Assembly (NCBI GenBank): GCA_963749075.1
Contig: CAVVLJ010000021.1
Span: forward strand, 672,001-736,000
Length of the DNA: 64,000 bases
Direction of reading: 5' to 3'
DNA from: an uncultured Pseudomonadota bacterium
GTDB lineage: Bacteria > Pseudomonadota > Alphaproteobacteria > JACZXZ01
Below are positions 20,851 to 30,600 of the stretch, one piece after another. Below the pieces are notes generated by a model. It ran no database searches and was not told where the DNA came from. It worked only from the letters and a program-made list of their open reading frames with translations. The first letter of the stretch is position 1, and every line of letters starts with the position of its first letter. The position numbers and the translations under genes were made by a program.

Positions 20851-22275
20851 ATGGTTGAGCCGCTCGAGGTCGACATCTGCGTCGTGGGAGGCGGCTCGGG
20901 CGGGCTGCTCGTCGCCGCCGCGGCTGGCCTCCTCGGCCGTCCCGTGGCACTCGTCGAGCGCGGCAAGATGGGCGGCGACTGCCTCAATTACGGCTGCGTG
21001 CCCTCGAAGTCGCTCATCGCGGCGGCGCGCATCGCCGCACTCGCCCGCAAAGGCCCGGCGTTCGGCATCGACTTGGGCGAGCCCGCCGTCGACTTCGCGC
21101 GCGTCCACGATCACGTCCACGGCGTCATCGCCGCCATAGCGCCCCACGATTCGGCGGAACGCTTCGAGGGCCTCGGCTGCAAGGTGATCCGCGCCGAGGG
21201 CCGCTTCGTCGGCCGCGGTCTTCTCGCGGCCGGCGAGTGGCGCATCCGCGCGCGGCGCTTCGTGATCGCGACCGGCTCCTCGCCCACAGTACCGCCGCTT
21301 CCGGGCCTGGCCGAGGTGCCCTATCTCACCAACGAGACGATCTTCGAGCTCAAGGGGCTGCCAAAGCATCTCGTCGTGCTGGGCGGCGGGCCGATCGGGG
21401 TCGAGCTCGCCCAGGCTTTCGCCCGGCTCGGCGCTCAAGTGAGCGTCGTCGAGCTCCTCGGCATCCTCGGCAACGACGATCCCGAGGCCGTGGACGTAGT
21501 GCGCCAGGCCCTCAGGCGCGACGGCGTGGCGCTCTATGAGGGGAGCCGGCTCGCGGCCCTCGAGCGCGCGGACGAGGGCATCGCGGCCGTGATCGAGCGC
21601 CAAGGCGAGAGCGTGAGGCTCGCGGGCTCCCATCTCCTCCTCGCCGCCGGACGCAGCGCCAACGTGGCCGGGCTCGGCCTCGAGGCGGCAGGGGTCGCCT
21701 ATAGCGCGAAAGGGATCGCGGTCGACCGCCGGATGCGCACCACCAACAAGCGCATCTTTGCCGTGGGCGACGTGGCCGGGCGCTTCCAGTTCACCCACAT
21801 GGCCGCCCATCATGCCGGCGTCGTCGTGCGCAACGCGCTCTTCCGCCTGCCCGCCAAGGTGGAGGAGCGCGCCATACCGTGGGTCACCTACAGCGATCCC
21901 GAGCTCGCCCATGTCGGCCTGAGCGAGGCCGCGGCTCGCCAGGCGCACGGTCGCTTGCGCATCCTGCGCTGGGCCTTTGCCGAGAACGACCGCGCGCGGA
22001 CGGAGCGCGCGTGCGACGGCTTCGCCAAGGTGATCGCCTCGCGGCGCGGCCGCGTGCTCGGCGCCACCATCGTGGGCGCGCAGGCGGGCGAGCTCATCCT
22101 CCCCTGGTGCCTGGCGGTCGCACGCCGGCTCAAGCTCGCGGCGCTCGCCGGGCTCATCGCCCCCTACCCCACGCTCGGCGAGATCAGCAAGAGCGCCGCC
22201 GGCAGCTATTTCACCCGCACGCTCTTCAGCGAGCGCACCAAGGCGCTCGTGCGGCTCCTGGCGCGGCTCGGATAG
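20851..22275 (+). CDS. Flavoprotein disulfide oxidoreductase (LpdA/MerA-like)
   Basis: GGGSGG FAD site, GGDCLNYGCVPSK redox disulfide, GGGPIG, YPTLGE; no C-terminal Cys pair. Confidence 0.9.
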   Translation: MVEPLEVDICVVGGGSGGLLVAAAAGLLGRPVALVERGKMGGDCLNYGCVPSKSLIAAARIAALARKGPAFGIDLGEPAVDFARVHDHVHGVIAAIAPHDSAERFEGLGCKVIRAEGRFVGRGLLAAGEWRIRARRFVIATGSSPTVPPLPGLAEVPYLTNETIFELKGLPKHLVVLGGGPIGVELAQAFARLGAQVSVVELLGILGNDDPEAVDVVRQALRRDGVALYEGSRLAALERADEGIAAVIERQGESVRLAGSHLLLAAGRSANVAGLGLEAAGVAYSAKGIAVDRRMRTTNKRIFAVGDVAGRFQFTHMAAHHAGVVVRNALFRLPAKVEERAIPWVTYSDPELAHVGLSEAAARQAHGRLRILRWAFAENDRARTERACDGFAKVIASRRGRVLGATIVGAQAGELILPWCLAVARRLKLAALAGLIAPYPTLGEISKSAAGSYFTRTLFSERTKALVRLLARLG

Positions 22276-22326
22276 GGGGAAAGTCCGCACTGCCCCGCCA
22301 CCCGCTTTCGGCTATAATCCGGCGAA

Positions 22327-23736
22327 ATGGCGGAGACCCATCCGAGCCTTCCCAAGCCCCAGCACAGCCTTTCGGCCAAGCTGCTGGTCTTCACCGTGCT
22401 CTTCGTCATGGTCGCCGAGGTGCTGATCTACACGCCCTCGATCGCGCGCTTCCGCTACGACTACCTCATGGGGAAGATCGGCATGGCGCACTTGGCTGCC
22501 ATGGCGCTCGAGGCCACGCCGACCCACATGCTGAGCCCGCAGCTCGAGATCGAGATACTGCAATACGTCGACGCCTATTCGGTGGTGCTCGACATGCACG
22601 GCACCGAGCGCATGCTGGTGATGAACCGCGACATGCCGCCCACCGTCGACAAGAATTACGACCTGCGCAAGTCCAACCTCTTCTCCCTCATCGCCAACGC
22701 CTTCGTGACGCTGGCGCAGACCCAGAACCGGGTGATCCGCGTGGTCGGCCCCTCGCCGCACAACCGCGGCATCTTCGTCGAGCTGGTGATCGACGAGGGG
22801 CCGCTGCGCCGCGCCATGTACGAGTTCTCCTGGCACATCCTCTCGCTCTCCATCGTCATCTCGCTGATCACCGCGGGCCTCCTCTATTTGAGCCTGCAAT
22901 GGCTCCTCGTGCAGCCGATGCGGCGCATCACCGAGGGCATGGAGCGCTTCCGCACGGCGCCCGAGGACGAGGAGAGCGTCATCGTGCCGAGCCAGCGGCG
23001 CGACGAGATCGGCATCGCCCAGCGCGAGCTGCAGCGCATGCAGGCCGACCTGCGCTCGGCGCTCCACGAGAAGACGCGGCTCGCCGCCCTAGGTGCTGCG
23101 GTCACCAAGATCACCCATGATCTGCGCAACATGCTGGCGACCGCCCAGCTCGTCTCCGACCGCCTCGGCGACAGCAAGGACCCCACGGTCAAGCGCGTGA
23201 CGCCGACGCTGGTCGCCTCGCTGGACCGCGCCATCTCGCTCTGCGTCAATACGCTGCGCTTCGCGCGCGAGGAGAAGCCGGTGGTCGAGGCGCGGGTCTT
23301 CTCGCTCTCGCTCCTCGTCGAGGACGTAGGTGCGGTGCTCAGGCCCCAGGCGCCGGAGGGGAGCCGCTGGGTCAACGAGGTGGCGGACGGCTTCGCGCTC
23401 GCCGCCGACCGCGACCAGATGTTCCGCGTGCTCGTCAACCTCGGGCGCAACGCCTATCAGGCGGGCGCCACCGAGGTGGCGCTCGCCGCCTACCGCAACG
23501 AGGAAGGCGTCGTCCTCGAGATCCGCGACAACGGCGAGGGCATCGCACCCGCCGCGCGCGAGCGCCTCTTCGAGGCCTTCTCCGCCGCCGGCAAGCCGGG
23601 CGGCACCGGCCTCGGACTCGCCATCTCGCGCGACCTCCTGCGCGCCCACGGCGGCGACATCGAGCTCGCCGAGAGCCGCCCGGGCGAGACGCGCTTCCTC
23701 CTCATCCTGCCCCAGCGCCGCGCGGCGGCGGAATAG
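22327..23736 (+). CDS. Membrane HAMP sensor histidine kinase
   Basis: Two TMs, KITHDLRNML H-box, NLGRNA, DNGEGI, GGTGLGL. Confidence 0.9.
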   Translation: MAETHPSLPKPQHSLSAKLLVFTVLFVMVAEVLIYTPSIARFRYDYLMGKIGMAHLAAMALEATPTHMLSPQLEIEILQYVDAYSVVLDMHGTERMLVMNRDMPPTVDKNYDLRKSNLFSLIANAFVTLAQTQNRVIRVVGPSPHNRGIFVELVIDEGPLRRAMYEFSWHILSLSIVISLITAGLLYLSLQWLLVQPMRRITEGMERFRTAPEDEESVIVPSQRRDEIGIAQRELQRMQADLRSALHEKTRLAALGAAVTKITHDLRNMLATAQLVSDRLGDSKDPTVKRVTPTLVASLDRAISLCVNTLRFAREEKPVVEARVFSLSLLVEDVGAVLRPQAPEGSRWVNEVADGFALAADRDQMFRVLVNLGRNAYQAGATEVALAAYRNEEGVVLEIRDNGEGIAPAARERLFEAFSAAGKPGGTGLGLAISRDLLRAHGGDIELAESRPGETRFLLILPQRRAAAE

Positions 23737-23776
23737 GGCGCCGCCCGCCGCGCTCCAGCAACGGCAATCGGACGTC

Positions 23777-24286
23777 ATGACCGACCTGCGGATCGAAGCG
23801 ATCGCGATGCAGGACGGGGCGACGCAGGCGGCACTGCTCGCGCTCAACAACGCGAACGCCCAGGCGACATCGCTGCTCGCGCCGGAGGAGTGGCGAAGGA
23901 TGGCCGGCCGCGCCTTCGCCGCCACTTGCGCGGGCGGGTCGGCTGCCCTTCTCATCGCCTTCGAGTACAATGCCGATTACGGCAGCCCCAACTTCATCTG
24001 GTTCCGCGAACGCCTCGCCCGCTTCGTCTATGTCGACCGCATCGTCGTCGCCGGCAGCCACCGCGGAGGAGGGCTCGCCACGCTCATGTATCGCGATCTT
24101 TTCCGTCTGGCACTGGCAGCGGGGCATGACCGCGTCGTCTGCGAGGTCAATCTCTCCCCGCCCAATCCCGTCTCCGACGCCTTCCATGCCAAGCTGGGTT
24201 TCACGGAGATCGGGCGCGCCGCTTTCGCCGGGAGCGGCAAGACGGTGCGCTATCTTGCGAAGCATCTGGCCGCAGCGGCGATCTGA
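23777..24286 (+). CDS. GNAT-family acetyltransferase
   Basis: YGSPNFIWF, YVDRIVV..HRGGGLA, CEVNLSPPNPVSDAFHAKLGF. Confidence 0.85.
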   Translation: MTDLRIEAIAMQDGATQAALLALNNANAQATSLLAPEEWRRMAGRAFAATCAGGSAALLIAFEYNADYGSPNFIWFRERLARFVYVDRIVVAGSHRGGGLATLMYRDLFRLALAAGHDRVVCEVNLSPPNPVSDAFHAKLGFTEIGRAAFAGSGKTVRYLAKHLAAAAI

Positions 24287-24431
24287 TTGGGGCCGGCTGA
24301 CTGCGGCCGGCTGATTGCGGCAGGATGACGCCCGCGGGTTTGCCCCACTCGCGCTCCCATGCCATCTTGCCGCTGTCGCGCGCCTTCTTGCGCGCGCAAG
24401 CGGAACGCAGGTGCCGATGTTCGCGCATGTC

Positions 24432-25340
24432 ATGTCGTGGGTGTGGATCCCCATCACCGTCTGGGCAGCACTCGCCCAGACCTTCCGCAATGCCGCACAG
24501 CGCCATCTCACCAAGGATCTCGGGACCTACGGTGCCACGCTCGTGCGCTTCGTCTACGGCCTGCCCTTCGCGGTGCTCTGGCTCGCGGTCCTCGATGACC
24601 TGCTCGGCCTCGAGATCCCGGCGCCGAACTGGCGCTTCCTCGCCTGGACGCTCGCCGGCGCGTTCGGCCAGATCGTGGCGACGGCGCTCCTGCTGCGCAC
24701 CATGGAGGAGCGTAATTTCGCGGTCGGCGTCATCTATTCGAAGACCGAGATCGTGCAGATCGCCCTCTTCGCCATCGTGCTGCTCGGCGATCCGCTCTCG
24801 CTCGAGGCCGCGGCGGCGATCCTCCTCGTGACGGCCGGCCTCGTTTTCCTCTCGCTCCGGGGCGGGGAGGCGGGTGCGGAGGCCCTGGCGCGCTCCTGGA
24901 GCTCGCGGGCGGCCCTCATGGGCCTCGGCTCCGGCGCCACCTTCGCCATCTCGGCCGTGGGCTACCGCGGTGCTGCCCTGGCACTCCACGCGGACTCGGC
25001 CTTCATGGCGGCGAGCTACGTGCTCGTCTGGGCGCTCGCCATCCAGGTGGCGGTGCTCGGCGGCTGGCTCGCGGCGGGGAACCCGCGCGTGCTCGTCGCC
25101 GTGGCGCGCGAGTGGCGCCTCTCGCTCGGCGCCGGGTTCGCGGGTGCCGCCGGCTCGGCGGGCTGGTTCACCGCCATGACCCTCGAGCCCGTGGCGCACG
25201 TGCGCACGCTCGGCCTCGTCGAAGTGTTCTTCAGCCTCGCTGTCTCCCGCCGCATCTTCAAGGAGCGCTTTGGCCGCCTAGAGGTCGCCGGCATCATCCT
25301 CGTCGCATTGGGCGTGGCGCTCATCGCAGCCGCAAAGTAG
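24432..25340 (+). CDS. DMT/EamA-family transporter
   Basis: About 10 TM segments; AQTFRNAAQRHL, NFAVG..YSKTE, VRTLGLVE. Confidence 0.85.
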   Translation: MSWVWIPITVWAALAQTFRNAAQRHLTKDLGTYGATLVRFVYGLPFAVLWLAVLDDLLGLEIPAPNWRFLAWTLAGAFGQIVATALLLRTMEERNFAVGVIYSKTEIVQIALFAIVLLGDPLSLEAAAAILLVTAGLVFLSLRGGEAGAEALARSWSSRAALMGLGSGATFAISAVGYRGAALALHADSAFMAASYVLVWALAIQVAVLGGWLAAGNPRVLVAVAREWRLSLGAGFAGAAGSAGWFTAMTLEPVAHVRTLGLVEVFFSLAVSRRIFKERFGRLEVAGIILVALGVALIAAAK

Positions 25341-25354
25341 CGGCCGCGGTGGAA

Positions 25355-25405
25355 TTGACAGGAGGAGCGTGGTGCAGTAAATCATACGATAAGGAGTATG
25401 ATTTA
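25355..25405 (+). promoter_or_regulatory. Sigma70-like promoter (TTGACA-N17-TAAATC) overlapped by a perfect 10-bp inverted repeat (putative TA operator)
   Basis: TTGACA at 25355-60; TAAATCATAC-N8-GTATGATTTA at 25378-25405 spans the -10 box and RBS. Confidence 0.7.
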
Positions 25406-25980
25406 TGTCCGTGTCCTCCGCACCTCGGCGCTACACGCCCCAGGAGGCTGCAGCTCTCGCTGGGGTGCGACTCCAGCGCATCCAGAATGCCATTACGGAT
25501 CGCCTGATCCGCGGCGCGTTCAAGCGCGCGCGGGGCGGCCGGCGCAGCGTCGATCTGCCGGGGGTCCTGACCTTCGCCGCGGTGGAGCGGCTCGGCGAGG
25601 TGCGGATAGCACCGGCCGTCCTCTACAAGGCGTTCCGCAAGACCGGCCTGCCGCGGGGGCCCGTCGCCGTGAGCGAGGCGGTCACCATCGACGCGCCGCG
25701 GCTCCTCCGTACCGTCGTGCGCAATGTGGAGCTCTATGAAAGGGCACGCGAGAGCATCGTGTCGGACCCCGAGGTCATGGGGGGTCTGCCCGTCGTGCGC
25801 GGAACGCGGATTCCGGCGCGCACGCTCCACGCGCGGGTCAGGGGCGGCGATACGATCGAGTCGATCTTGGCAGACTATCCCTATCTCGACCGGGAGACGG
25901 TCGAGGCCGCCGTTCTCTTTGCCGAGGCCAACCCCGCGCGTGGGCGCCCGCGACGGCGCGTCGGCTCGGCCGGCGAGTGA
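25405..25980 (+). CDS. HTH + DUF433 antitoxin (VapB45-like)
   Basis: N-terminal YTPQEAAALAG HTH; C-terminal IVSDPEVMGGLPVVRGTRIP..ILADYPYL. Confidence 0.88.
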   Translation: MSVSSAPRRYTPQEAAALAGVRLQRIQNAITDRLIRGAFKRARGGRRSVDLPGVLTFAAVERLGEVRIAPAVLYKAFRKTGLPRGPVAVSEAVTIDAPRLLRTVVRNVELYERARESIVSDPEVMGGLPVVRGTRIPARTLHARVRGGDTIESILADYPYLDRETVEAAVLFAEANPARGRPRRRVGSAGE

Positions 25981-26375
25981 CGCGGCCACTTCGTCTCCTG
26001 ATCGACGCCTGCCTGACGCCCGCCGCCGCGGCGCACTTGAACGAGGCGCTCGGCCGGTCCGTGATCGACGTCATCCACCTCGATAGAGTGCTACCGCGAG
26101 CGACGCCCGATGACGAGGTCTTGGACTGGGCTATCGCCCATGAGCGGATCGTCGTCACCGCTGACCGCGCCGGCTTTCCGCTCCTCGCCCGACGCCGGCC
26201 GAGGCATTGCGGCATCGCCCTCATCGAAGATCAAGACACGCAAGCCCGACAAGTCGCGGCGGTCGCGCGCTTGGCGCGTGCGCTGCTCGTCCATAGAGCC
26301 GGCGGCAAGTCCATCATAGGGCACGTCTTCACGCTTCGAAGGTCCGGGCGGCTCGCGGCCCGCCGCATCCCATAA
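25977..26375 (+). CDS. DUF5615 PIN-like toxin (VapC45-like)
   Basis: LLIDACL, TPDDEVLDWA, RIVVTAD, HCGI; coupled to the DUF433 gene. Confidence 0.85.
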   Translation: MTRPLRLLIDACLTPAAAAHLNEALGRSVIDVIHLDRVLPRATPDDEVLDWAIAHERIVVTADRAGFPLLARRRPRHCGIALIEDQDTQARQVAAVARLARALLVHRAGGKSIIGHVFTLRRSGRLAARRIP

Positions 26376-26394
26376 GGACAGATGGGGCCCCTTC

Positions 26395-27582
26395 TCAATC
26401 GAGCTCCAAGAGCTGCGACTTGAGATAGGCGGACTCGGGCAGGAAGGGGTGCACCGGGTGGTCGGGGGCGGCACCCGCACTCCGGAGGATGCGCCCGCTG
26501 CGGCCGGCCTGGGCCAAGCCGCGGCGGACCTCCTCGGCGAAGCGCTCGGGCGTCACGTTGTGCGAGCAGGACGCGAGGAAGACGAAGCCGCCGGGCAAGG
26601 CGAGCTCGGCCGCGAGGCGGGCGAGCTTGCGATAGCCCTTGGCACCCGGCTCGAGCTCGCGCTTCGACTTCACGAAGGCGGGCGGGTCGCAGATGACGAG
26701 CCCGAAGCGCTCGCCCGCGGCAGCCATGCGCTCCATCTCGCCGAAGGCCTGGCCGCGGCGGAAGTCGAGGCGCCCGGCCAGGCCGTTCAAGGCGGCTGCC
26801 TCGAGGGCGAGCGCCAGGGCCGGCTCCGAGCGGTCGATCGCCAGCACCTCGGCCGCACCGGCGGCCGCGGCCTGCACGGCAAAGCCGCCGCTGTAGCAAT
26901 AGAGGTCGACGACCCGCCTGCCGCGCGCGAGCGAGGCCGCGAAGGCGCGGCTCTCCCGCTGATCGTAGAACCAGCCGGTCTTCTGTCCGAGGCTCAAGTC
27001 GGCGAGAAAGCGGCAGCCGTTCTCCTTGAGCTCGACGGCGCCCTCGATCGTGCCCTTGGCAAGGCGCACCTCGTTAGCCAAGCCTTCGAGGGCGCGGGCC
27101 GGACTGTCGTTGCGCAAGAGAATGGCGCGCGGCGCCAGGAGCTCGTCGAGGGCGGCTATGAGCTCGTCCGTGAGACGCTCCATGCCGGCGCCATTCACCT
27201 GGACCGCGAGCACGTCGCCGTAGCGGTCGACGGCGAGACCGGGGAGGCCGTCGGCCTCGGCGTGGACGAGGCGGTAATAGGGCTCGCCATAGAGGAGGCT
27301 GCGCAGGGCGAGGGCGCGGGCGAGGCGCTCGCCGAGGAAATGCCGGTCGATGACGGCCTCGGTGTCGCCCGTCACGAGGCGCGCCGCGACGAGGGTGTGG
27401 GGATTGAAGAAGGCCAGGCCGAGCGCTTCGCCGTTCGCCGCCGCGAGCCGGACGAGCGTGCCTGGCTGCAGCGCCTTCGCCGCGGCGTCCAGCGCCACCT
27501 CGTTGGAATAGACCCAAGGGTGCCCGTGGCGCACGCGCTGGTGGCGGCCCGGCAGGAGGCGGACGAGGGGGGATGCGGACAT
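26395..27582 (-). CDS. rlmI: RlmI-family 23S rRNA SAM-dependent methyltransferase
   Basis: GHPWVYSNE, HAEADGLPGL, GQKTGWFYDQR, DLYCYSGGF, DPPAF. Confidence 0.88.
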   Translation of the reverse strand: MSASPLVRLLPGRHQRVRHGHPWVYSNEVALDAAAKALQPGTLVRLAAANGEALGLAFFNPHTLVAARLVTGDTEAVIDRHFLGERLARALALRSLLYGEPYYRLVHAEADGLPGLAVDRYGDVLAVQVNGAGMERLTDELIAALDELLAPRAILLRNDSPARALEGLANEVRLAKGTIEGAVELKENGCRFLADLSLGQKTGWFYDQRESRAFAASLARGRRVVDLYCYSGGFAVQAAAAGAAEVLAIDRSEPALALALEAAALNGLAGRLDFRRGQAFGEMERMAAAGERFGLVICDPPAFVKSKRELEPGAKGYRKLARLAAELALPGGFVFLASCSHNVTPERFAEEVRRGLAQAGRSGRILRSAGAAPDHPVHPFLPESAYLKSQLLELD

Positions 27583-27657
27583 GGCGCGGCAGCATAGCGG
27601 CGCGCGGCGGGCGGGCAAGGGGAATGGTGCTGCGGTTGGGGCGCGCGGGCGCTCTCG

Positions 27658-29418
27658 CTAATCCCCCGCCGCGGTGCCGCCGCGCCGCGGGTCGGCGACG
27701 CCGTAGAGCGTGCCGTCGCGGAGCTGGATGGCGTTGAGCCCGCTCTCCATGGGGAGGAGGGCGATGTCGTGGCCCATCGCCGCGAGCGCGTCGGCGCGGT
27801 CCTCGAGCTCGCTGCCGCTCTCGATCTCGGTGCGGCCGTTGCGGTTGTCGATGTGGGGGAGGGCGATCGCCTGCTCGATCGGCAGCTTCCAGTCGAGGGC
27901 CGCCACCAGCGCCTCGCTCACGAAGCCGATGATCTCGGCGCCGCCGGGCGTACCGATGACGAGGGCCAGCTTGCCGTCGGCGCCCACCACGATGGTCGGC
28001 GCCATCGCACTCCTCGGCCGCTTCCCCGCCTCGACGCGGTTGGCGACGGGCTTGCCCTCGACCGTGGGGCGGAAGGCGAAGTCGTTGAGCTCGTCGTTGA
28101 GGAGGAAGCCCCGCACCATGAGGCGGGCGCCGAAGGGCTGGCCGATGTCGGCGCTGAGCGCCGCCGCGTTGCCGGCGCCGTCGACCACCGAGACGTGGGT
28201 GGTGGAGGGCGGCTCGTGGCCGCCCGAGCCGGAAAAGGGCCAGAGTGCGGCATGGCGCGGTGCGCCGGGTGGCACGTGGCCGCCGCGCGCGCGGCCGGGT
28301 GCGATGAGCTTGGCGCGCTCCGCGAGATAGCCGGCCGAGAGCAGCTGGGCGACCGGCACCGGCACGAAATCCGGATCCGCCACATACTCGTCGCGGTCGG
28401 CAAAGGCCAGGCGGCCGGCCTCGGCGAGGAGATGGAGGGCGGGCGTCGAGAGCGGCGCCATCTTGCCGAGGGGGAAGCGCTCGAGGAGGCCCAGGGTCTC
28501 GAGCACGGCTAAGCCGCCCGAGCTCGGCGGCGGCATGCCGCAGACGAGCCACGCGCGATAGGGCTGGCAGAGCGCCTGGCGCAGGCGCGGCTTGTAGCCG
28601 GCGAGGTCGCCCGCCTTGAGCCGGCCGGGCCGCGCGCCGCTCGCGGCGGCTGCCACCATGTCGGCGGCGATGTCGCCCTCGTAGAAGGCATGGGCACCCT
28701 CGGCCGCGAGCTTGCGCAAGGTGGCGGCGAGTGCCGGGTTGGCGATGCGGCTCCCCGCTGGCTTGGCGATGCCGCGGCCCTGGTAGAAGAGCTGCGCCGC
28801 GGCGGGCGAGGTGCCGAGCCGGCGGTCGCCCGCGAGGAGCTCGTGCAAGCGCGGGCTCACGGTGAAGCCGCCCGCGGCGAGCGCGATGGCCGGCTCGAAG
28901 AGGGTCTGCCAGGCGAGCTTGCCGCGCCGCGCATGGGCCGCCTCGAGCATGGCGAGGAGTCCGGGGACGCCGACGCTGAGGCCGCCCACCGCCGCCTCGC
29001 TCGCCTCCAAGGGCGTGCCGTCGGGCTTGAGGAACATGTCGGCGGTGGCGGCGGCGGGGGCAGTCTCCCGTCCGTCGAGCGCGTCCATGTCGCCGGTTGC
29101 GGCGTCGAAATAGAGGAGGAAGCCGCCGCCGCCGATGCCGACCGCCTCGGGTTCCTCCACGCCGAGCACCAGGATGGCCGCGATCGCCGCGTCGACGGCA
29201 CTGCCGCCTTGGCGCAGCATGGCGCGTCCGGCCTCGGCCGCCTCCGCGGTGTCGGCGACGACCATGTCGCGCCGCCCTTCCGCGGCGCGCGGGACCGCGG
29301 ACGCGTCGGGGACGGCACTCTGCGCCGATGCCGCTCCGGGCATTGCCGCAAGGAGGGCGAGCGCCACGGCGGCGCCGTAGGGCGAGTCGTGCTGCCGGCG
29401 CTCGGGAGGTGCCGCCAC
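27658..29418 (-). CDS. ggt: Gamma-glutamyltransferase (exported)
   Basis: GGSAVDAAIA, GIGGGGF, DGRETAP, STTHVSVVD nucleophile, NDELNDF, GKRPRS, ADPRRGG. Confidence 0.92.
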   Translation of the reverse strand: MAAPPERRQHDSPYGAAVALALLAAMPGAASAQSAVPDASAVPRAAEGRRDMVVADTAEAAEAGRAMLRQGGSAVDAAIAAILVLGVEEPEAVGIGGGGFLLYFDAATGDMDALDGRETAPAAATADMFLKPDGTPLEASEAAVGGLSVGVPGLLAMLEAAHARRGKLAWQTLFEPAIALAAGGFTVSPRLHELLAGDRRLGTSPAAAQLFYQGRGIAKPAGSRIANPALAATLRKLAAEGAHAFYEGDIAADMVAAAASGARPGRLKAGDLAGYKPRLRQALCQPYRAWLVCGMPPPSSGGLAVLETLGLLERFPLGKMAPLSTPALHLLAEAGRLAFADRDEYVADPDFVPVPVAQLLSAGYLAERAKLIAPGRARGGHVPPGAPRHAALWPFSGSGGHEPPSTTHVSVVDGAGNAAALSADIGQPFGARLMVRGFLLNDELNDFAFRPTVEGKPVANRVEAGKRPRSAMAPTIVVGADGKLALVIGTPGGAEIIGFVSEALVAALDWKLPIEQAIALPHIDNRNGRTEIESGSELEDRADALAAMGHDIALLPMESGLNAIQLRDGTLYGVADPRRGGTAAGD

Positions 29419-29427
29419 CTGCGAGCC

Positions 29428-29916
29428 TCAGCGCAGCCGATCCATGCCGGCGAGCGGCTGGACGAATTGCAGCTCCGTGTCCCAGGGGAAGTGGATCCAG
29501 GTGTCCTGGCTCACCTCGGTGACGAAGGTGTCGACGAGCGGCCGGCCCGCCGGCTTGGCATAGACCGTCGCCATGTGGGCGAGCGGCAGGAGCTCGCGCA
29601 CGACGCGCGCGGTGGCGCCGGTATCGACGAGGTCGTCGACGATGACCCAGCCCCGGCCGTCGCCCGGCGGCGCGCTCAGGATGCGCACCTCGGCTTGCGA
29701 CTGATGGGCGTAGCTCGCGACGCAGATCGTCGTGATGAGGCGCAAGTTGAGCTCGCGCGCCACGATCACCGCCGGCACCAGCCCGCCGCGCGCGATGCCG
29801 ACCACGCCGCGCCACGGCCCGGTCTCGTTGAGCCGCCAGGCGAGCGCCTTGGCATCGCGGTGGAGCTCCTGCCACGACACCGGAAAGGCCTTGGCGAAAC
29901 GGTCGTTGGCGCTCAC
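29428..29916 (-). CDS. gpt: Xanthine/guanine phosphoribosyltransferase
   Basis: [24 protein letters not shown] loop, [11 protein letters not shown]. Confidence 0.95.
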   Translation of the reverse strand: MSANDRFAKAFPVSWQELHRDAKALAWRLNETGPWRGVVGIARGGLVPAVIVARELNLRLITTICVASYAHQSQAEVRILSAPPGDGRGWVIVDDLVDTGATARVVRELLPLAHMATVYAKPAGRPLVDTFVTEVSQDTWIHFPWDTELQFVQPLAGMDRLR

Positions 29917-30004
29917 GGCGGCTCCCCCATCAAAGTTGCGGCGATTTAAGCGGATCGGCGGGGGCGAGGCAATCGCGGGGACGGACATTCGCGCCGCTGC
30001 GGGC

Positions 30005-30439
30005 TCAGGTGGTGCGCTCCTCGGGCTTGACGAGGACGCAGCCCGAGATGCGCCAGCTGCCGTCCGGCTCGCGCTCCATGCAGTAGAGCGCCAGCACCAG
30101 GCGGCCGTCGGGACCGGCGAAGAGCACCTTCTGCACGGGACCGTCGGCGGTGACCACGAGGCTTGCGAATTCCGTCCCGCGCGGCCGGTAGACCGGCGCA
30201 TAGCCGCGGCGCACCATCTCCATGAAGGCCTCGGCGGTTCCGAAGATGGCCTGGATGGCGGGTGCCGCAAAGGCGAAGGCCGCGGCGTCGTCGTCGCGCT
30301 GGAAGGCCGCGAGCTGGCGCTCGATGACGCTTCGGATCGCCGCCGCGTCGGCACTGCCGAGGGTGCTGCCGCCCGCATCCTGGCCCCAGCTCGCGAGCGG
30401 CCAGACGACAAGAGCGAGAACGACGAGCATGCGCTGCAT
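30005..30439 (-). CDS. DUF4864 secreted protein
   Basis: Signal peptide; [38 protein letters not shown]. Confidence 0.85.
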   Translation of the reverse strand: MQRMLVVLALVVWPLASWGQDAGGSTLGSADAAAIRSVIERQLAAFQRDDDAAAFAFAAPAIQAIFGTAEAFMEMVRRGYAPVYRPRGTEFASLVVTADGPVQKVLFAGPDGRLVLALYCMEREPDGSWRISGCVLVKPEERTT

Positions 30440-30600
30440 GGCGAGTGCTCCGGGAAGAGGCGATCCTAGCGGAAGTCGCGGGCGAGCGCCATGCGGCAGC
30501 CGCGGCTCAGCCGCCGAGGCTTGATCGAATCGGTTGCGCCGCCGCCGCCGCCGCATTAGGGATGGGTACACTCGCAACGGCGCGGACGCGGACAATTGCC

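Noticed and set aside
20851-22275. Mercuric reductase MerA
   Set aside because: No N-terminal metal-binding domain, no C-terminal Cys-Cys and no mer operon.
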